From positions 2,063,622 to 2,127,621 of the forward strand of contig NC_068993.1 of the NCBI RefSeq assembly GCF_001194135.2: a stretch of 64,000 bases of DNA. The letters run 5' to 3'. The position numbers were made by a program, and so were the translations under genes. A model generated the notes under the pieces. The model saw nothing but the letters and a program-made list of their open reading frames with translations. It had not been told where the DNA came from and ran no database searches. Of the stretch, positions 40,595 to 55,157 are shown one piece after another. The DNA comes from Octopus bimaculoides (Eukaryota). How positions within the stretch are numbered: position 1 is the first letter of the stretch; each line of letters starts with the position of its first letter.

Positions 40595-42374
40595 TATATA
40601 TATACACACACATATACACATATACACACACACACAAACAGTGATAATTCTTACTATTCATAGTTCTTTTAAAATAATCGAGATGATTCTAAATAGGAAA
40701 ATGTTTTTCATAAACATCTTGAGTCCTTAATGAAGTATTTCATTTCGTTAACTGTTTTTATCAATAGAATCAGTGTTCATATCTCCGTATCAACATTTTT
40801 CTGGTGGTAACTACCAAAGAAAGACATTTTTACTGTGAAGTTAACGAATGAAACGTGCTAAAATTGCCAATGAGAAATAATTGGCGCTATAAATATTATT
40901 TTGACCACTAAGGGTTATATTTAAAACCAGGAAAATTAACACATTTATCGAAGGATTGACGAGAAAGGCATCATTATTTCACTTGATTGCAAAATGGTTG
41001 ATTTGAAAAGCAGCGAATCACTTCCAACGTGACAGTTACGGATTCAATTACTTCTTGACCGGACACTGAGGCGCAATAGTTGCAGATTGTCACTTCTCAC
41101 TAATGTCTACAGTCCAGTCATTGCCAAAATACATTCAAGGATTAATGATAGAAGGGTGTGGTTTCGATTAAGTGCCACGGTTTCAAATCCTTTAATAGAA
41201 CAATAAAACTTTTGCTGAACATTGCTATATGTTCAACTTCTTATTGAATCGTTATATTTTGTGGAAATGGAAAATAACTTCTTTTGAAAGTGAATACATA
41301 TTGGAAATGAGAACATTGATATTCAGACGTACACAAATTACTTGAATTTCTACGGGACATATCGAAATGCACTTATTAACTTAATATACTTATTAATAAT
41401 ATTTTTGTATACTGTTAAACTCTATGACTGACTTTAATTCCTTCGTAGGTTGATAACGTAAGTCCTAAGCAAGGCATTGGTATCCATATGATCGATCAAG
41501 CCCCCTCCTCACACATGGTGCTAAAGCATGTCTGCAATACAGTCACTGAAATTATTAAAATGAAAGAAAAAAATCCAGAATTAAATCTTTTAATAAATTG
41601 ACATATTTATGATAACGAACAGCTGTGTTACTGCAATAAGTAAACCGAAATTCTGAACAAAATATTAATGTTAATTAAAAATTAAAGGACGTTACGATTT
41701 TATTCAAATACAGTTCTCAAAATAGTTGGTATCTACATATTGGTATGAACAGAATATATAAAAAACGAATAACAGGTGATAAACATTCGTAGAAATATTA
41801 ATTAGATGTTAAGCGAAACTACTGACCAGAACGAACGGAAAATATGCAATAAATGGAAATTGGTGATTGGCCAATTCTTAAGCAGTCGATTCTGGACAAA
41901 AATCAAGAAATATATGTATGTTAATAAAAGCTGATAATGAGTTAATTTTCTAGGAAAAGCCTCTAAAAGTATTTTGTAAATCTCCTTGGTGAATTTAGAA
42001 AACATTAACTCGATAAAGAACTAATCAGATTACAAGTCTTTGAAATATTTCCGATGCACAATTTTCGTTTAATCTGTGACAAAAAGCCATAAAATTCTTA
42101 AAAAATATAAGAAAAACAGAAGCATTTTACAAATGTTGCAAAGTCGTCAACAACACAGATTAGTACAAGACATTGTCTCTTCTTCTCAATAAACCTCATG
42201 TTAGATTATAAATACGTCTTTGTTTTGAGGTTTTTTAAAGAGAAAGATTTAAAACTGCATTTTCTGTCTATACATTAAAAAAGATAAAACCATGCTTTGC
42301 ACTTCTTGTAGAATTTCTATTTGGATTTATCACATATCAGTGCGTCAGCATTATCGGCTTATGCACTTCTTTTT

Positions 42375-42393
42375 GTTGCTGCTGCTGCTGCTG

Positions 42394-42451
<58 letters not shown>

Positions 42452-42531
42452 AGCAACTACTACTACTGCTGCTATTGCTACTGCTTCTGCTGCTGCTAAT
42501 GCTACTACAACAACAACAACAACAACAACAG

Positions 42532-42586
<55 letters not shown>

Positions 42587-42587
42587 A
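42375..42587. repeat. Compound (GCT)/(ACT)/(ACA) trinucleotide array
   Basis: Direct inspection. Confidence 0.96.
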
Positions 42588-42651
42588 GTATATCCCCTTT
42601 AAGTAATATATTTTGAAATTACATCGCTTCCACCTTATTACCGAAAATGTG

Positions 42652-42732
<81 letters not shown>

Positions 42733-43577
42733 GTCTGTCTGTCTGTCTCTCTTTCTTTCTAGCTATCTATCTATGTGTATGTGTGTTTATGTGTTGTCGT
42801 TTTAAAGCTGATATAAGCATTAAATCCAACCCATGGTCAGTGTGCATTTCCTTTTAAACATCCTGTGGATGATACAAATTTGCACTGATACAATGCAGCC
42901 AATACTTGGTTACTTAACATCTTTGACATTGTATATAAAACGTATCAAGATAAATTAAGTTTGCAAATAGCGCCGGTGAAGGCGGGATAACGCTAGGAAT
43001 ATTCAAGCTATATCTGGAACAATAGGGGGTTAAAGTAGCAGGCTTTTAATTGACTACGTCTTGAAACAAGAAGAGAAAGCCAATTAAGTTGTTAGAAGAC
43101 AATAGCTGGCGAAGACAATTGTTATTTCAGCTTCAGGTAGTGGAAATCGCTACCCGTAGTTGACCTCCGTGCACATATAATGGCTTTTGGCAAGATTCTT
43201 TAAAAGTTCACAGCAAACTTTGTCAAGTACTAGTTGAGCTCAGGTGAAGTGGGCTATATTCATTATAAATATCCTTACATTAATAACCAATCGAACATTT
43301 CTGTGTTTTATTCTATGTGAGCACAAATAAAAACATCAGCATATAAATGATCGACAAATTTTATAATACGATTCCAATTAAAGACAAACATCCCAAACAT
43401 TAGTTAGAAATCATTAACAGCGAATCAGTTTGTACATAAACACCATATATTTTGTGAAATCAATACCAATTAGTGAAACGGAGGCCTTTTGATAATTAGT
43501 TTGTCAGTGACTTGACACCGCTCTAATAACAACTTCGTAAGTCCTAGATTATGGATAATGTTTTTGAGATATCTTGT

Positions 43578-43793
43578 ATTCTTTTCTACTCTAGGCACAC
43601 GGCCGGAATTTTTTAGGGAGGAGGCAGTCGATTACATCAACCCCAATACGTAACTGGTACTTGGTTTATCGACTCCGAACGGATGAAAGGCAGAGTGGAT
43701 CGCGGCGGAATTTGAACCCAGAACATAAAGACACGAAATACCGCTAAGCATTTCGCCCGGCGGGGTAACGTTTCTGCCAGTTCGCCGCCTTGC
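43578..43793 (-). mobile_element. SINE family A, near full-length, with 12-bp target-site duplication
   Basis: Reverse-complement homologue of 36893-37290. GAGATATCTTGT occurs at both 43566-43577 and 43794-43805. Confidence 0.92.
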
Positions 43794-44205
43794 GAGATAT
43801 CTTGTGTTAATGAAATAATGACACAATTTCAGGGGTTTAAATGTTTTTTTTTGTTATTTCAGTCATTTTTATTCATTAAAATTTGAATATCTATCTTATC
43901 TACAAAATCCTGTTTTTTTTTCAAAGATGTTCTCAGATTAATATATCTTTCAGTGAATTAATATCTTTCTACAAACAACATATATTTACACAGCAGACAT
44001 ACACATAGGTTGCAGGTGGATACGTACAACGACAGGCTGCAACGGCGCCAGTAGACTCAGAATACNNNNNNNNNNNNNNNNNNNNNNNNNNNNNNNNNNN
44101 NNNNNNNNNNNNNNNNNNNNNNNNNNNNNNNNNNNNNNNNNNNNNNNNNNNNNNNNNNNNNNNNNNNNNNNNNNNNNNNNNNNNNNNNNNNNNNNNNNNN
44201 NNNNN

Positions 44206-44242
<37 letters not shown>

Positions 44243-45916
44243 GTATATATACATATGTGCATATTTGCATATATACATATTTCGGAGTATATCATGTATA
44301 TATTATATATATATAATTACACATTTATATATCTATATGTATACAAACGCATGTATATGTGTATATATATATATATATTATATACATGCACATATATATA
44401 TATACATACATGAAATTAAACATACACACATACATACATATACGCACTTTCATACATACATACATACATACATACATACATACATACATACGTACGTGCA
44501 TGCATGCATACATACATATATTCCTATGTCTGTATATACGACCAGTTCTTTCAATGGCACCTCAATAAATTTATAGACACTGTTTATTTACTAAACATCT
44601 TTATGTTCCATTAATCTATTGCTATTTTCTTAATGTTTCCTCTCGTCTTGAAGTTATATTCTAATTTCTTTCACTCTGATTAATATTTCCCTTCATTTGT
44701 TCGTGTGTGTTTCTTATCTTATTTACTCACTTCTATTTAGCTAGTCAGTCTTATCTATTTCGCTCCTTTCTCTCTTCATTTTGCTTGTTGTTTGTGTGGT
44801 TGTTATTGTTGTGCTAGTTTGATATGTGTTACGATATTTTAGTTTACGTTTCCACATATCTTCGAATATATTTTCTGATATTGATTTCGTAATGTGATAC
44901 ATATATGTGTTTGTATGTATACACAAACATGCACACACAAAGAGGCGCACACGAATATATAAATTCATATATATATATATATATATATATANNNNNNNNN
45001 NNNNNNNNNNNNNNNNNNNNNNNNNNNNNNNNNNNNNNNNNNNNNNNNNNNNNNNNNNNNNNNNNNNNNNNNNNNNNNNNNNNNNNNNNNNNNNNNNNNN
45101 NNNNNNNNNNNNNNNNNNNNNNNNNNNAGAGAGAGAGAGAGAGAGAGAGAGAAAGAGTGTACATGGACATACACGCACACATACACACACAAATGTATGT
45201 ATATATGTACGTATGTATAAGCGCAGATAAGTGCTGAAGTAGACTGGTGCCGGGTAGATGTGTATATTAATCTGGAAAGCTTTTGAGAATGTATTCCTAA
45301 AAAGGAGATAAATTTAGATATAGCTAGGTAAAAAAAACAAAAAACAAATAGAGGCAAAAACAAGTCTACATTTAATCTGAAAGCAAATATTTTTCCTCCA
45401 AAATCTCAAGTTGGTAATGTTAGGAAAAGATTATTCGGTGCAGTGTAAGTGAAATCCTATATCGGCTAAAACATGTTTTATATTTAACAATATATACGGT
45501 ATTGATCTTTTAATTGGGTTGATTTTTCTTCGTTTTGTTTATGTTTTTAATTCTTTCTAGTTAACACTTCCACTTAAGGCAAATTTAATTTTAAAACTTC
45601 TTAAAAAGAAGTTTTATTATTTTTTTAAAGTTAGAGTTGGATATGAAAATAGAATTAAAGTTTCGAAGTATTTCAATTAATTTCTATTGTCTTCGATTAT
45701 TTTGTTGTGATTTACTCGTTGCTTTCAGAATATAATTCAAGAGACGCTACCAAATTTCATGATAATTGTCCTGATTGACCTTATTGCTGCTGTAGTTGTT
45801 TGTGTTATCATCAGTTATTGTTGTTCGACTTGTTGTTAATAGTTTGCTGCTCACACACTGACCATTATTGTTGATTTTGATGTTGTAGTTACTGTTATCA
45901 TTGTTACCACTGACAT

Positions 45917-46120
45917 GGCGCCGAGCTGGCGGAATCATTAGCACACTGGAGGGAATGCTTAGCGGTATTTTGCCCGTCGTTACGTCCTGAGTTCAAATTC
46001 CGCCGAAGTCAATTTGCCTTTCATTCTTTCGGGGTCGATAAGTACCAGTGAAACACTGGGGTCGATGTAATCGATCTAATCCCCTCCCCACAAGCTACTC
46101 TTGTGGCATAAGTTTCAAAT
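45917..46120 (+). mobile_element. SINE family A copy
   Basis: ggcgccgagctggcggaatcattagc...gagttcaaattccgccgaagtcaatttgcctttcattctttcggggtcgat...ggggtcgatgtaatcgat. Confidence 0.88.
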
Positions 46121-47458
46121 CCTTATTGTTCCCACTAACGTTGTGTGGCTGTTGCTCGTGTTGGTGTTGTAGGCGTTATAGTTGTTGATTCACTCGTTTA
46201 TTGCTGTTTTTATTTTATTATTTTAACTTATTCCCATTGTCCAGAAATCTTTCGTCACACATCTGTGTCCTTTTCAGCGATACTTTCCGTTTTCGTGTGT
46301 GTTCTTACTCCACTTACTCCATATTACGCTCGTGTGTTTATAATTATACGTGTGTGGGAATGTACTTATGAAAAACCAGTGCATCTCTGAAAGTGTGTTT
46401 TTAAAACAGCTGAACAGTAAAAAGAACCAGATCGTTCCTGCCTCACTTTATAATTTCTAAAAAAGCAACTGAAATTATGTTATTCAGGTTTCTATTGTAG
46501 CAATATCAGAAAGAGATTAACATTCATAGTCGAAACGTACAAACTTTCTCATTTGCACTTCATCTCCCTTTACATGATGTTGCTTTGTTGTCATCATTAT
46601 AATTAAAACGAATTCCCATGAAGACTGATTTATCGTTTCTTTAATTCTATAAATAATTGCGCAGAGAATACAATATCCTGACAGAGCCTATCCTAGCATT
46701 ATTTAGGTTTACATTTCAATGTAGCTTCTGTGACGGAATGAATAGTTTGGTCTTGATGTGGGAATGTATACTGGTGAGGATTACTGCACTAAAGCCTATT
46801 CATTGTTGAAGTACATAAGGTATTTTTACAAAAGATTGGTTTGTATTATTCTACTGCGGAATTGTAATTTTCTTTCTCTTCAACTAATTACAAATCTACA
46901 GGCAATTTGGAGTTTTCATTTTGATATCGATACCAGAAAATTGGAGTTTTTATTGGATCGGAAACTTCTTGATCCTTAAAGACACATTTTGAAAAGAGGG
47001 ATTAATTTCTTTGAAAGCAATGAGAAATGTTGAAAACAGTGAATAGTTGAAGCTTTCACAATTTTCAATTTGATGGTAAAAACTAATTATTTATGGACTT
47101 CATTATCATTGTCATTCTTTCAAGCCTATTTCCCTGGTTCCTCTTAGATTTAGGTGAAATAACAATCGTAGAATATGGTAATTTATGAAAGGAAACTTGA
47201 TTCATCCACTTCGTTCTTTGCAAAAGTTTCAGGAAAATCCATCAATTACGTCATGTCAGTAATGTGTTTGCTTTCCATACTAAATTCGCAAAAAGATATT
47301 CATCAACCTTATATTTACTGTGCGCTTTAACTGCGAACATCAGCGCAGAACTGGGCACTTTGAATACATGTAGAACCTTGCTTTGGTTGTTTTCTAAAAT
47401 GTAAGGAGTATGCAACGTAATATACATGTGCGTGTGAATCACAGCTGTTATATTATAT

Positions 47459-47490
<32 letters not shown>

Positions 47491-49169
47491 TGGAAAACTA
47501 GAAGCTTCATATATATGCAGAATGTACTATCGCTCTTGTGATTGGTCGAGTAATTCCGGCATATCTGCACCTGCAGATTTGTTTGCCATTTTAATTATCC
47601 CATATTGTCTCTATCTGATTATTTAATGGTTCTAACATGTGGGTGGTGGTTTCGAAAATTTCCATTTCAGGAACACAGTAAATTCCAATCAAGTCAATAA
47701 TTTTCCTATAATACCAAGTTTTAATCATTTAATCCTATTTACATTCTTAATGTTTTCGAGAATGTAATGAACCTTTCCGTAATAAGAATCTGGTATATCT
47801 TTCCTAGATTAAAGTCAAATCGATATTGAGACTTTTATTTCCTTATCTTGTAGATGGTATAACCTGTTAAAACATAAAATATTTAGAATACAAATCATAT
47901 GAGAGGTCATGCACCCTATTGCCATTTCCTGTTTTACAACAAACTGTCAAAGAAATGCCATTGTCAAACATAACATACTAAAGTCTAAAATTTGCTGTTT
48001 CGTCCAATCTAGTATACATAAGAAGACACATTAAAAAAAAAAACAAGAGAAAATATTAAGGAAGAATTAAAGTTCCCAGGATGCACGCCTCACTGCGAGA
48101 ATTCGAACAATAATTCTACCTACATTCCAGCAAAGCTGAACGTGAATATGTGATCGACGTCATTTTTCTTCAACGGATGACATTTTCGTTTGGACCATGT
48201 GTGTTCATTACACATGCGATTCAACTGTGAAAGGCAACTTTGAGATGAGGCAATGTTTCGACCTCTCTTTGTGTTTTCTCAGTGAAGCTACCAAGCCGAC
48301 GATTAGATATTTTAGTTTGAATCTTCCAGAATGTATTCAGAATGAACAGATGCATTATTAAGGAAATAGAAATATGTTTAAAACAAACAATGAAAATAAT
48401 ATGGAGACACTAGTTGTAAATCAGCGTTAAAATGATTTTATATGAATAGGAAACAGCCCCCTCCCTCAACATTCGACATGCTTATATGCAAACTGAATGA
48501 ATTTAACCGAGATGATCTTGTCAATTCCACGAGGGATTTGATATCAACGTTAAAATGTCGGAACATTCATTGGTGATGATGAGAAATTGCTAAAGAAGAA
48601 TCTAGAAAACAAAATTACTGGATAATTCTGTTTTAAATGTCATTCTCCATGAAAAGCATGCTTTGTCAGTATTTCTGTCTATTTTTGACAGTAACATCCG
48701 TTGCAAGATTAAATAACCATCGCTATATAAAGGTCTCATGATATTGGTGACCACATTCAGTTTTACATGAAAATTATACTATCGCAATTAGTCTGTTCGG
48801 TATTTTAGAAACAAGCAATAAGAACATGTAGAGAATGGCATTTGCAAACTTTATGAACCTCACTGTTTTCCGTTTTAGTTACTAAAGGACAAACTTTCTG
48901 AGATTTCGTACGGCAGATGGCATTTCAGAATATCGTAAAATGTAAGCATTTCTCTACGACTATCTTTGAATATCTATTTAACTATATACATACATGCATA
49001 CACACATACATGCAAGCATGCTTGCAAATATACATGCATACATACATACAAACATATAGATTCATGCACACACGCGCACACATGCATATATTTGTGCACG
49101 TAAGCCTGTATGCATAAACATTACCTACTCTCTCATACTCTCTCTCTCTTTCTCTTTCTCTCTCTATCT

Positions 49170-49268
<99 letters not shown>

Positions 49269-49419
49269 TGTGTGTGCATGTGTGTGTGTGTGTGTTTGCA
49301 TGTGTCTGATTATAGATATATATATATATTCATCTGTAAAATTCTGATACTGTGTTGATGGCTTGAAAATATTTTATATGTAATTCTTAGAAGGAATGCA
49401 TATTAAATATTTTTTCTGG

Positions 49420-50060
49420 CATGTTGTTATCTGATATCTTTTGCAGGGCCGATATACGGTATATTTAAAACATCATGTAACTATTTATTACTGATATTAA
49501 CACCATTTTGGTCGTTGTGTGTCTTAGCAGATTTAGCTCTGTCACTAGATCTTTGGCCCGGGATTCTGGTTTGAGGATAACTTCTCCAGCCAACAACTCC
49601 CAGGGAGCCTTATTAAAATGAAGTGTCATCATGTCCCCTGCACTTCCCTCTTTGATTAACCATTAAAGTTTTACGTTCTGTGCATTACTGAAAATACAAT
49701 TGGTTTTATGGGTATAAATCGCATTCACAGTTGTTCTGTTTTAACAATATTAAATATTTGGTGGTTTTATGTGTGCATCGCGAGTAGGAGTTTTATATGG
49801 TAGCCTGGGGACATTTCCTGCAGGTCCTTGCAAATATTTCAGTAGCCTTATTTCTGCTCCAATTTCTAGGCCAAGAGATTAATAGTACTCACAGTTTGTC
49901 ACAAGTAAACGGTCTCTCTATAATATGATGATTTAAATGATTGAAAAACAGCGTTAAAAGATATACTACTACACCCTTGGTTTCCCATGACTATTTGATC
50001 CGTTCATTCTTTTTGTAGAAGTTCATTCTCTTTAACACGTTCAAACGCTTCCACTTGTCA
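49420..50060 (-). pseudogene. Decayed CR1/L2-group LINE reverse-transcriptase fragment
   Basis: Minus-strand motifs in the expected order, across frameshifts: EAFERV..ELLQK (~50050), VPQ-like (~49820), MVNQRGKC..MTLHF (~49640), VILKPESRAKDL (~49560), YTVYRP (~49450). The ~265-nt VPQ-to-KDL spacing fits the RT layout. Confidence 0.5.
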
Positions 50061-50807
50061 TTTCTATGATTAAATATTTTCTGTAAAAATTGATCCTCGT
50101 GTACTGAAGTTCAACATCAACCGTTGCAACATGATCAAAGGGCCATTTGATATAATGCGTTCCACCCCTAAGAACTGTATTAAACACAACCACTCTATTA
50201 AAGACAGCATACTCTATTCGTACTATTTTAAAACTTATTACATTCGTTTCATGGGCTTAATTTGTTAACATATTTTGTCAGGTATTTTAGAATCTTTTAA
50301 TTCAACCACAAAATATCGAAATACCATTATTTACTTGAAAGTAATGTGTGATATTTGGCCTAATGTAAGAATTTTGCTAAGCAAATTTTCGTTTTGGCTC
50401 ATTTCCTTTGCAATTATCAGTCTTATTCAAGTGTGAAGTTATTTAAGGAATATATTACTTATGAGAACTTTCTAATGGCAAAAGACGTCTGAAAATTACA
50501 AATTTAGAAATGTTCCTTCAGAAATGGTTGTTTGTTAGGTTAGTGAACGGCCGATTGGTTTCAGTTTAATGTTTATTTTATTTTATGTTACTTTAAATTG
50601 AACAAGGAAATTAGCTGAGATAAAAATTATGTTTGACTTATAACAATCTTTGTCTTCGTGGACATCTTGTACAATATATCACTCTTGTTATCTCTCTCTC
50701 GCCATTTTACGTTTATATGTATGTGTATATACATACATACATACATACATACATATAATCATACACACAATCATATATACATATAGGCACACACAAACAC
50801 ACACATT

Positions 50808-50842
<35 letters not shown>

Positions 50843-52005
50843 CAGAGAGAGGGAAACATATGCGTTGGCTAGTGTATGTAAGCATATAAATATATATCAA
50901 ATATCCTCGATATCTGACATTCATTATGTGAGCCGCCCTCTTCATATATGTGTTTGACATAGACAGCTAACTATATCTGTAGACATATGTACAAAATAAA
51001 GATAGAGAGAAAAATAGAAAGACAGATAGATAGATAAATAGATAGTGGGGGATCACAAAGAGATTTCATGTTACTTTTAAGACGAGAATTTATATTATTA
51101 TGGGAATATACGTGTTTTCTTAACATGATATCGGCAGTACCGACTGAAATATCCCGTCTCTCCAAGGCACTCAAATGTGCTCTTTAATTCGTTGAACTCA
51201 CATATATTAAAGTGTAGACAGAAAGCTGATCATAACAGAAATACTTATCTGCAATATATCTTGTTGTAGTGGAGTTGGAATATAAAATCGTACAAATATC
51301 ACCTATTGTCTGTAACATGAAGAAAAATTGCTGAAATATTTCACATATGTAGCATAAAATCTGATATGTGACAGACGTTCTTACTAAGTGGTTATCTATA
51401 AATCTATAAATCATTATTTTAATATTACCATTACTGTCTTTGAATAAAACTACCTGGCGTTCCTCATTAGTCTTTATGTGATGCACATTTCTCTTTTTTT
51501 TATGCTTAAAACTATTTGTTCTATGAAAGGAGAGAAACGAGGAAGGCTGTTTATCGTATATGTGTTACACTGTTCAGTTTTGTCATTTCCAAGTTTGTAT
51601 TCAAATTGAACATGTACTGAAGTTTTTTTCCCCCCATTTGTCTGTTGTTATTACAAAATAAGTTCATTAACACGAGAACTGAATAAATTCACAGAAGATA
51701 CTACTTCCCTATATAAAGCTTAGTCTTATATATGGAAAACAATCGTATATACATCTATAAACGTATGTGTGCCAGTCTGTTTGTATATGTGAAAATGTGT
51801 CTGTATGTATGTATGCATGCGTGTATGTATGTATGAATGTGTGATCAACATACACCTGTGAGTCTGTTATAATGTAAGACAACATAACGTCTATAAGACA
51901 ACATGTTGTCTTACTTCTCACTGTTGTTGTTTAACCCTAGGTCAGTCAGGATCGACTATCAAGCAGTCCATTGATCAAAAGTATTTCAGCCATCTTTCAA
52001 TCGGG

Positions 52006-52305
52006 CTCTTGTGCCGAACCGTTAAGTTACGGGAACGTAAACGCACACAGACAAACACAGACATACAGATATGTATATTTATGTATATGCATTTATACAA
52101 ATACAGATATATATTTATACATACACACATACAAATATGTATTTATACATACGATGAGCTACTTTCAGTTTCTGTCTACCAAATCCACTCACAAAGCTTT
52201 GGTCGGTCCGGAGCTATAGCAGAAGACACCTGCCCAAGGTGCCGCGCAGTGGGACTGAACCCGGAACGTTGCAGTTAGGAAGACTCTTACCACACAGTCA
52301 CACTC
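52006..52305 (-). mobile_element. tRNA-derived SINE family B (CORE-like) with internal CA/TA microsatellite
   Basis: Minus strand: A box TGACTGTGTGG, B box GGTTCAGTCCC, CORE-like GCACCTTGGGCAGGTG, GTGAGTGGATTTGGTAGACAG, then microsatellite and 3' tail. Confidence 0.88.
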
Positions 52306-55157
52306 TATAGTTTTAGTTATATGCGTGATGTAACAAAGGAACATCATGAGGACATCTGTGATGTTTCTTAGGATGGGGGTGGGGATGGAATTCATTGAAC
52401 GTTTCGGATTTTCTGGTAGTGAGATACCCTCACCGGGTAGAATGGATGAAGCATTAGTTGTGTCCCAATTATTACTACTCCAGGTACTCGTAACGCTTTT
52501 AGGGTTCACACCTCTTGATCCAATGTGACTTAGAAGCAATTTCCGCTCCTAATTCCAGATCCTTATCATGCTCAGCCTCTTTACAGCATTGCAGAGCAAT
52601 TGGTTTGCAAACCCTCTACATCTCATCGCAACTTACGTTTCCACCGAAAATCTTCTTCATATTGATTTGATGCAGTTTGAGCGAAAATAACTTTCAGATA
52701 ATCGTAACAGTATTATTAGTATTAATATTATTATCATTAGTAGAACTGTTAGTTATTGTTGTTGCTGTTGTTGTTGGTCATCCCGCAGACAGCCCCGACT
52801 GAACAGAACTTTGATGAAAATCATTTCAACTTTGGCAATCTCGTCCTATTTTTGTGTTTTTTCCCCTTAGTATAATGTACCCTGGAGCAATGGCTGGTCG
52901 AATATCTAACTTAAAGATATTTATTGCTGAAGGTGAAACCTATCAGTAGATTTAAAGGAAATATCTATTTCTGTGTAAAAAGAGTAAAAATAGCTGGTAT
53001 CATTATTATTCGCTTCATGATTTTGATAAAAATGTTATTGTTTTTATAATTCTATTTCGTATCCACCAGTTAAAATTATTTTTAGTTTCTTTCTTTGAAA
53101 TTTCAGTAAATACATCTTAAAAGGCAAAAATAAATAGATAAATTAAGAAAAGTTATTATTAATAAAAGAAAAGATTATTTCATCTTTCTGCATAACCTGT
53201 GTGTATGTGGTTGAATATAGGTATGTATTGACAGCGGTGAATATAGGTGTGGATGTGTGAGTAGTGAGTAGTGAGTAGGTATGTATGCACGGGGCGCAGA
53301 GAGCTGTGTGTATAATGGTTGGATAGACAAAAACAAAAGTGACATTTTCATAAACAAAAATAGAAAAATAAATTCCAAAATGGTGAAGGATTCAAGGTGT
53401 TCAACAATTCAGAAATATAATTCCTTAGAATACTATTTCAACACATTTCATGATTTATAGTAAGGTCCTTAAAGGAATAACAGTGCTTGATTCCTGGTAA
53501 ATAAAAGCAAATTGAGATTAGAGACAATAGGGCGTATAAGTGCAATGTGTGAACGCACGAACGTGCGTCGAAAGGCTTATCAGAATGGGTGTATATAAGC
53601 CTCTTAAATCATTTGAATGGATCTGTTATCAGCCTATTCTTCTTCTTATGGACTTTTACCTTTGAATGAAGCTCCAATCGTTTATGCATTAATTAATATT
53701 TATAACAGTCGTCAGCTATTGTGAATATATACAGACTCGAATATGAACCAGTGATATAAGAAGGAACACATCCTGATAATGAACTATCTTTTGAATGTAC
53801 TGAGTTCGTGTATGATGGTCAATTATTTTGCAATGAAACACAGAGGCAAATAGAAGATAAGTAAAATGTTGGGGAATTATTTCAGCTATCATAGTTTCTA
53901 CTCTTAAAGTCAGTTTAATAAACGAAGAAATCATAATCCCATGATAATATCATCGATCTGAAAGGTTTATGACTTTCATTAGTATGCTTAATTTATTGTT
54001 CCTCGAGGGAAAATAGTCCAGTTCGAATTACACTGGGCTGCTTCGTCTTTCAACTGTCTAGAATTTATAACCGAACGACCAGGTGAGTTTTGAATTCAGT
54101 TGTATGAACGATTTCTTTGAGTAATTTATATTTCTAATTTGTCAACCACAAACTACAAACGTTTCTTTTCATTAGCAGGCCACGCATTATTACTTCAAAA
54201 GTTTGAGTTATGTAAAGTCAGGTTCATTCCCTAAACTGATGACAATGTAATTATTGTCAAAAAGGTAACAAACTGTAACAAAAAGGAAATGAAACAAAAT
54301 ATAAATATCAATTAAGCCCCCACCCACACATTGCACCCCGAGCTTTTGAAAGTAACAACCAAAAAGAGGTAGTCTTTTCTCGAATGGTGGTGTCTGTTCC
54401 TTTCATGTCCAATGTGTTTCATTGAAAGTAGAATTATGTACGAAAGGTTGTACTCCGAGTAGTCGCCAGTAACGATAGAAAGATAGCGAAAAAAAAAAAA
54501 AAAAAAGTACACGTTCATGCAACTGAATCTACATCTCTGGTCCTTATTTTAAGAATTTTCGACTGTCAGAGGACGAAACAGCTCGGTGGAATTTGAATTT
54601 AAAACATAAGGATTGAAAATTGAACAAAAACCATTTAGTTATATAAAACTTACATCATGTTACATTGTATAAACAACAAATTATGTTTCCTGTGTTTTAT
54701 AAAATTAACATAAAAATTAATGCACAACAAGAGGGATGAAAGAGAGATCTTTATTTGCGCTCTGGGTGTATTTATTTGCGCACATGAGCTACGATTAAAG
54801 TAAAATTGGTGAAAATAGTTTTGAAAGAAGAGGTAGCACTGAAAGATACACAACCTAGTTAGCTTTAAACCTGGCACAACACATATTGCATTGAGAATTT
54901 CAACTTTAAACTATTCTACAGATTCAATGGAAAAAGCTATAAAAATATTTCCAGCTATTTACTATTATGTTTCATAAGAAAATATACGAGAAAAGAAAGA
55001 AAGAAAAAAAAAAGGTAAAAATGACGAAAATATTGGTTTGAGTGGAATTTTTCTCTTTCAGGAAGTTTTGTTTCTGAAATATCTCTTTTATAACATTTAA
55101 ACAAAATATTCTCAAATAATGAAGTTGGAATTAGAAAAGTAAGCAACACTTTGACAT

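Noticed and set aside
49447-49458. ttttgcag|12 nt|GTATAT microexon
   Set aside because: Weak donor, and it lies inside the decayed LINE fragment.
52330-52700. Possible 3' region of an RLE-type LINE on the minus strand (EHDK...HWIKRC)
   Set aside because: Matches are too sparse and need several frameshifts.
53549-53600. Hairpin acgcac-gaac-gtgcgt followed by cGAAA and a second stem aggcttat/ataagcct
   Set aside because: Looks like hammerhead stem II plus GAAA, but there is no CUGANGA core and no stem I.
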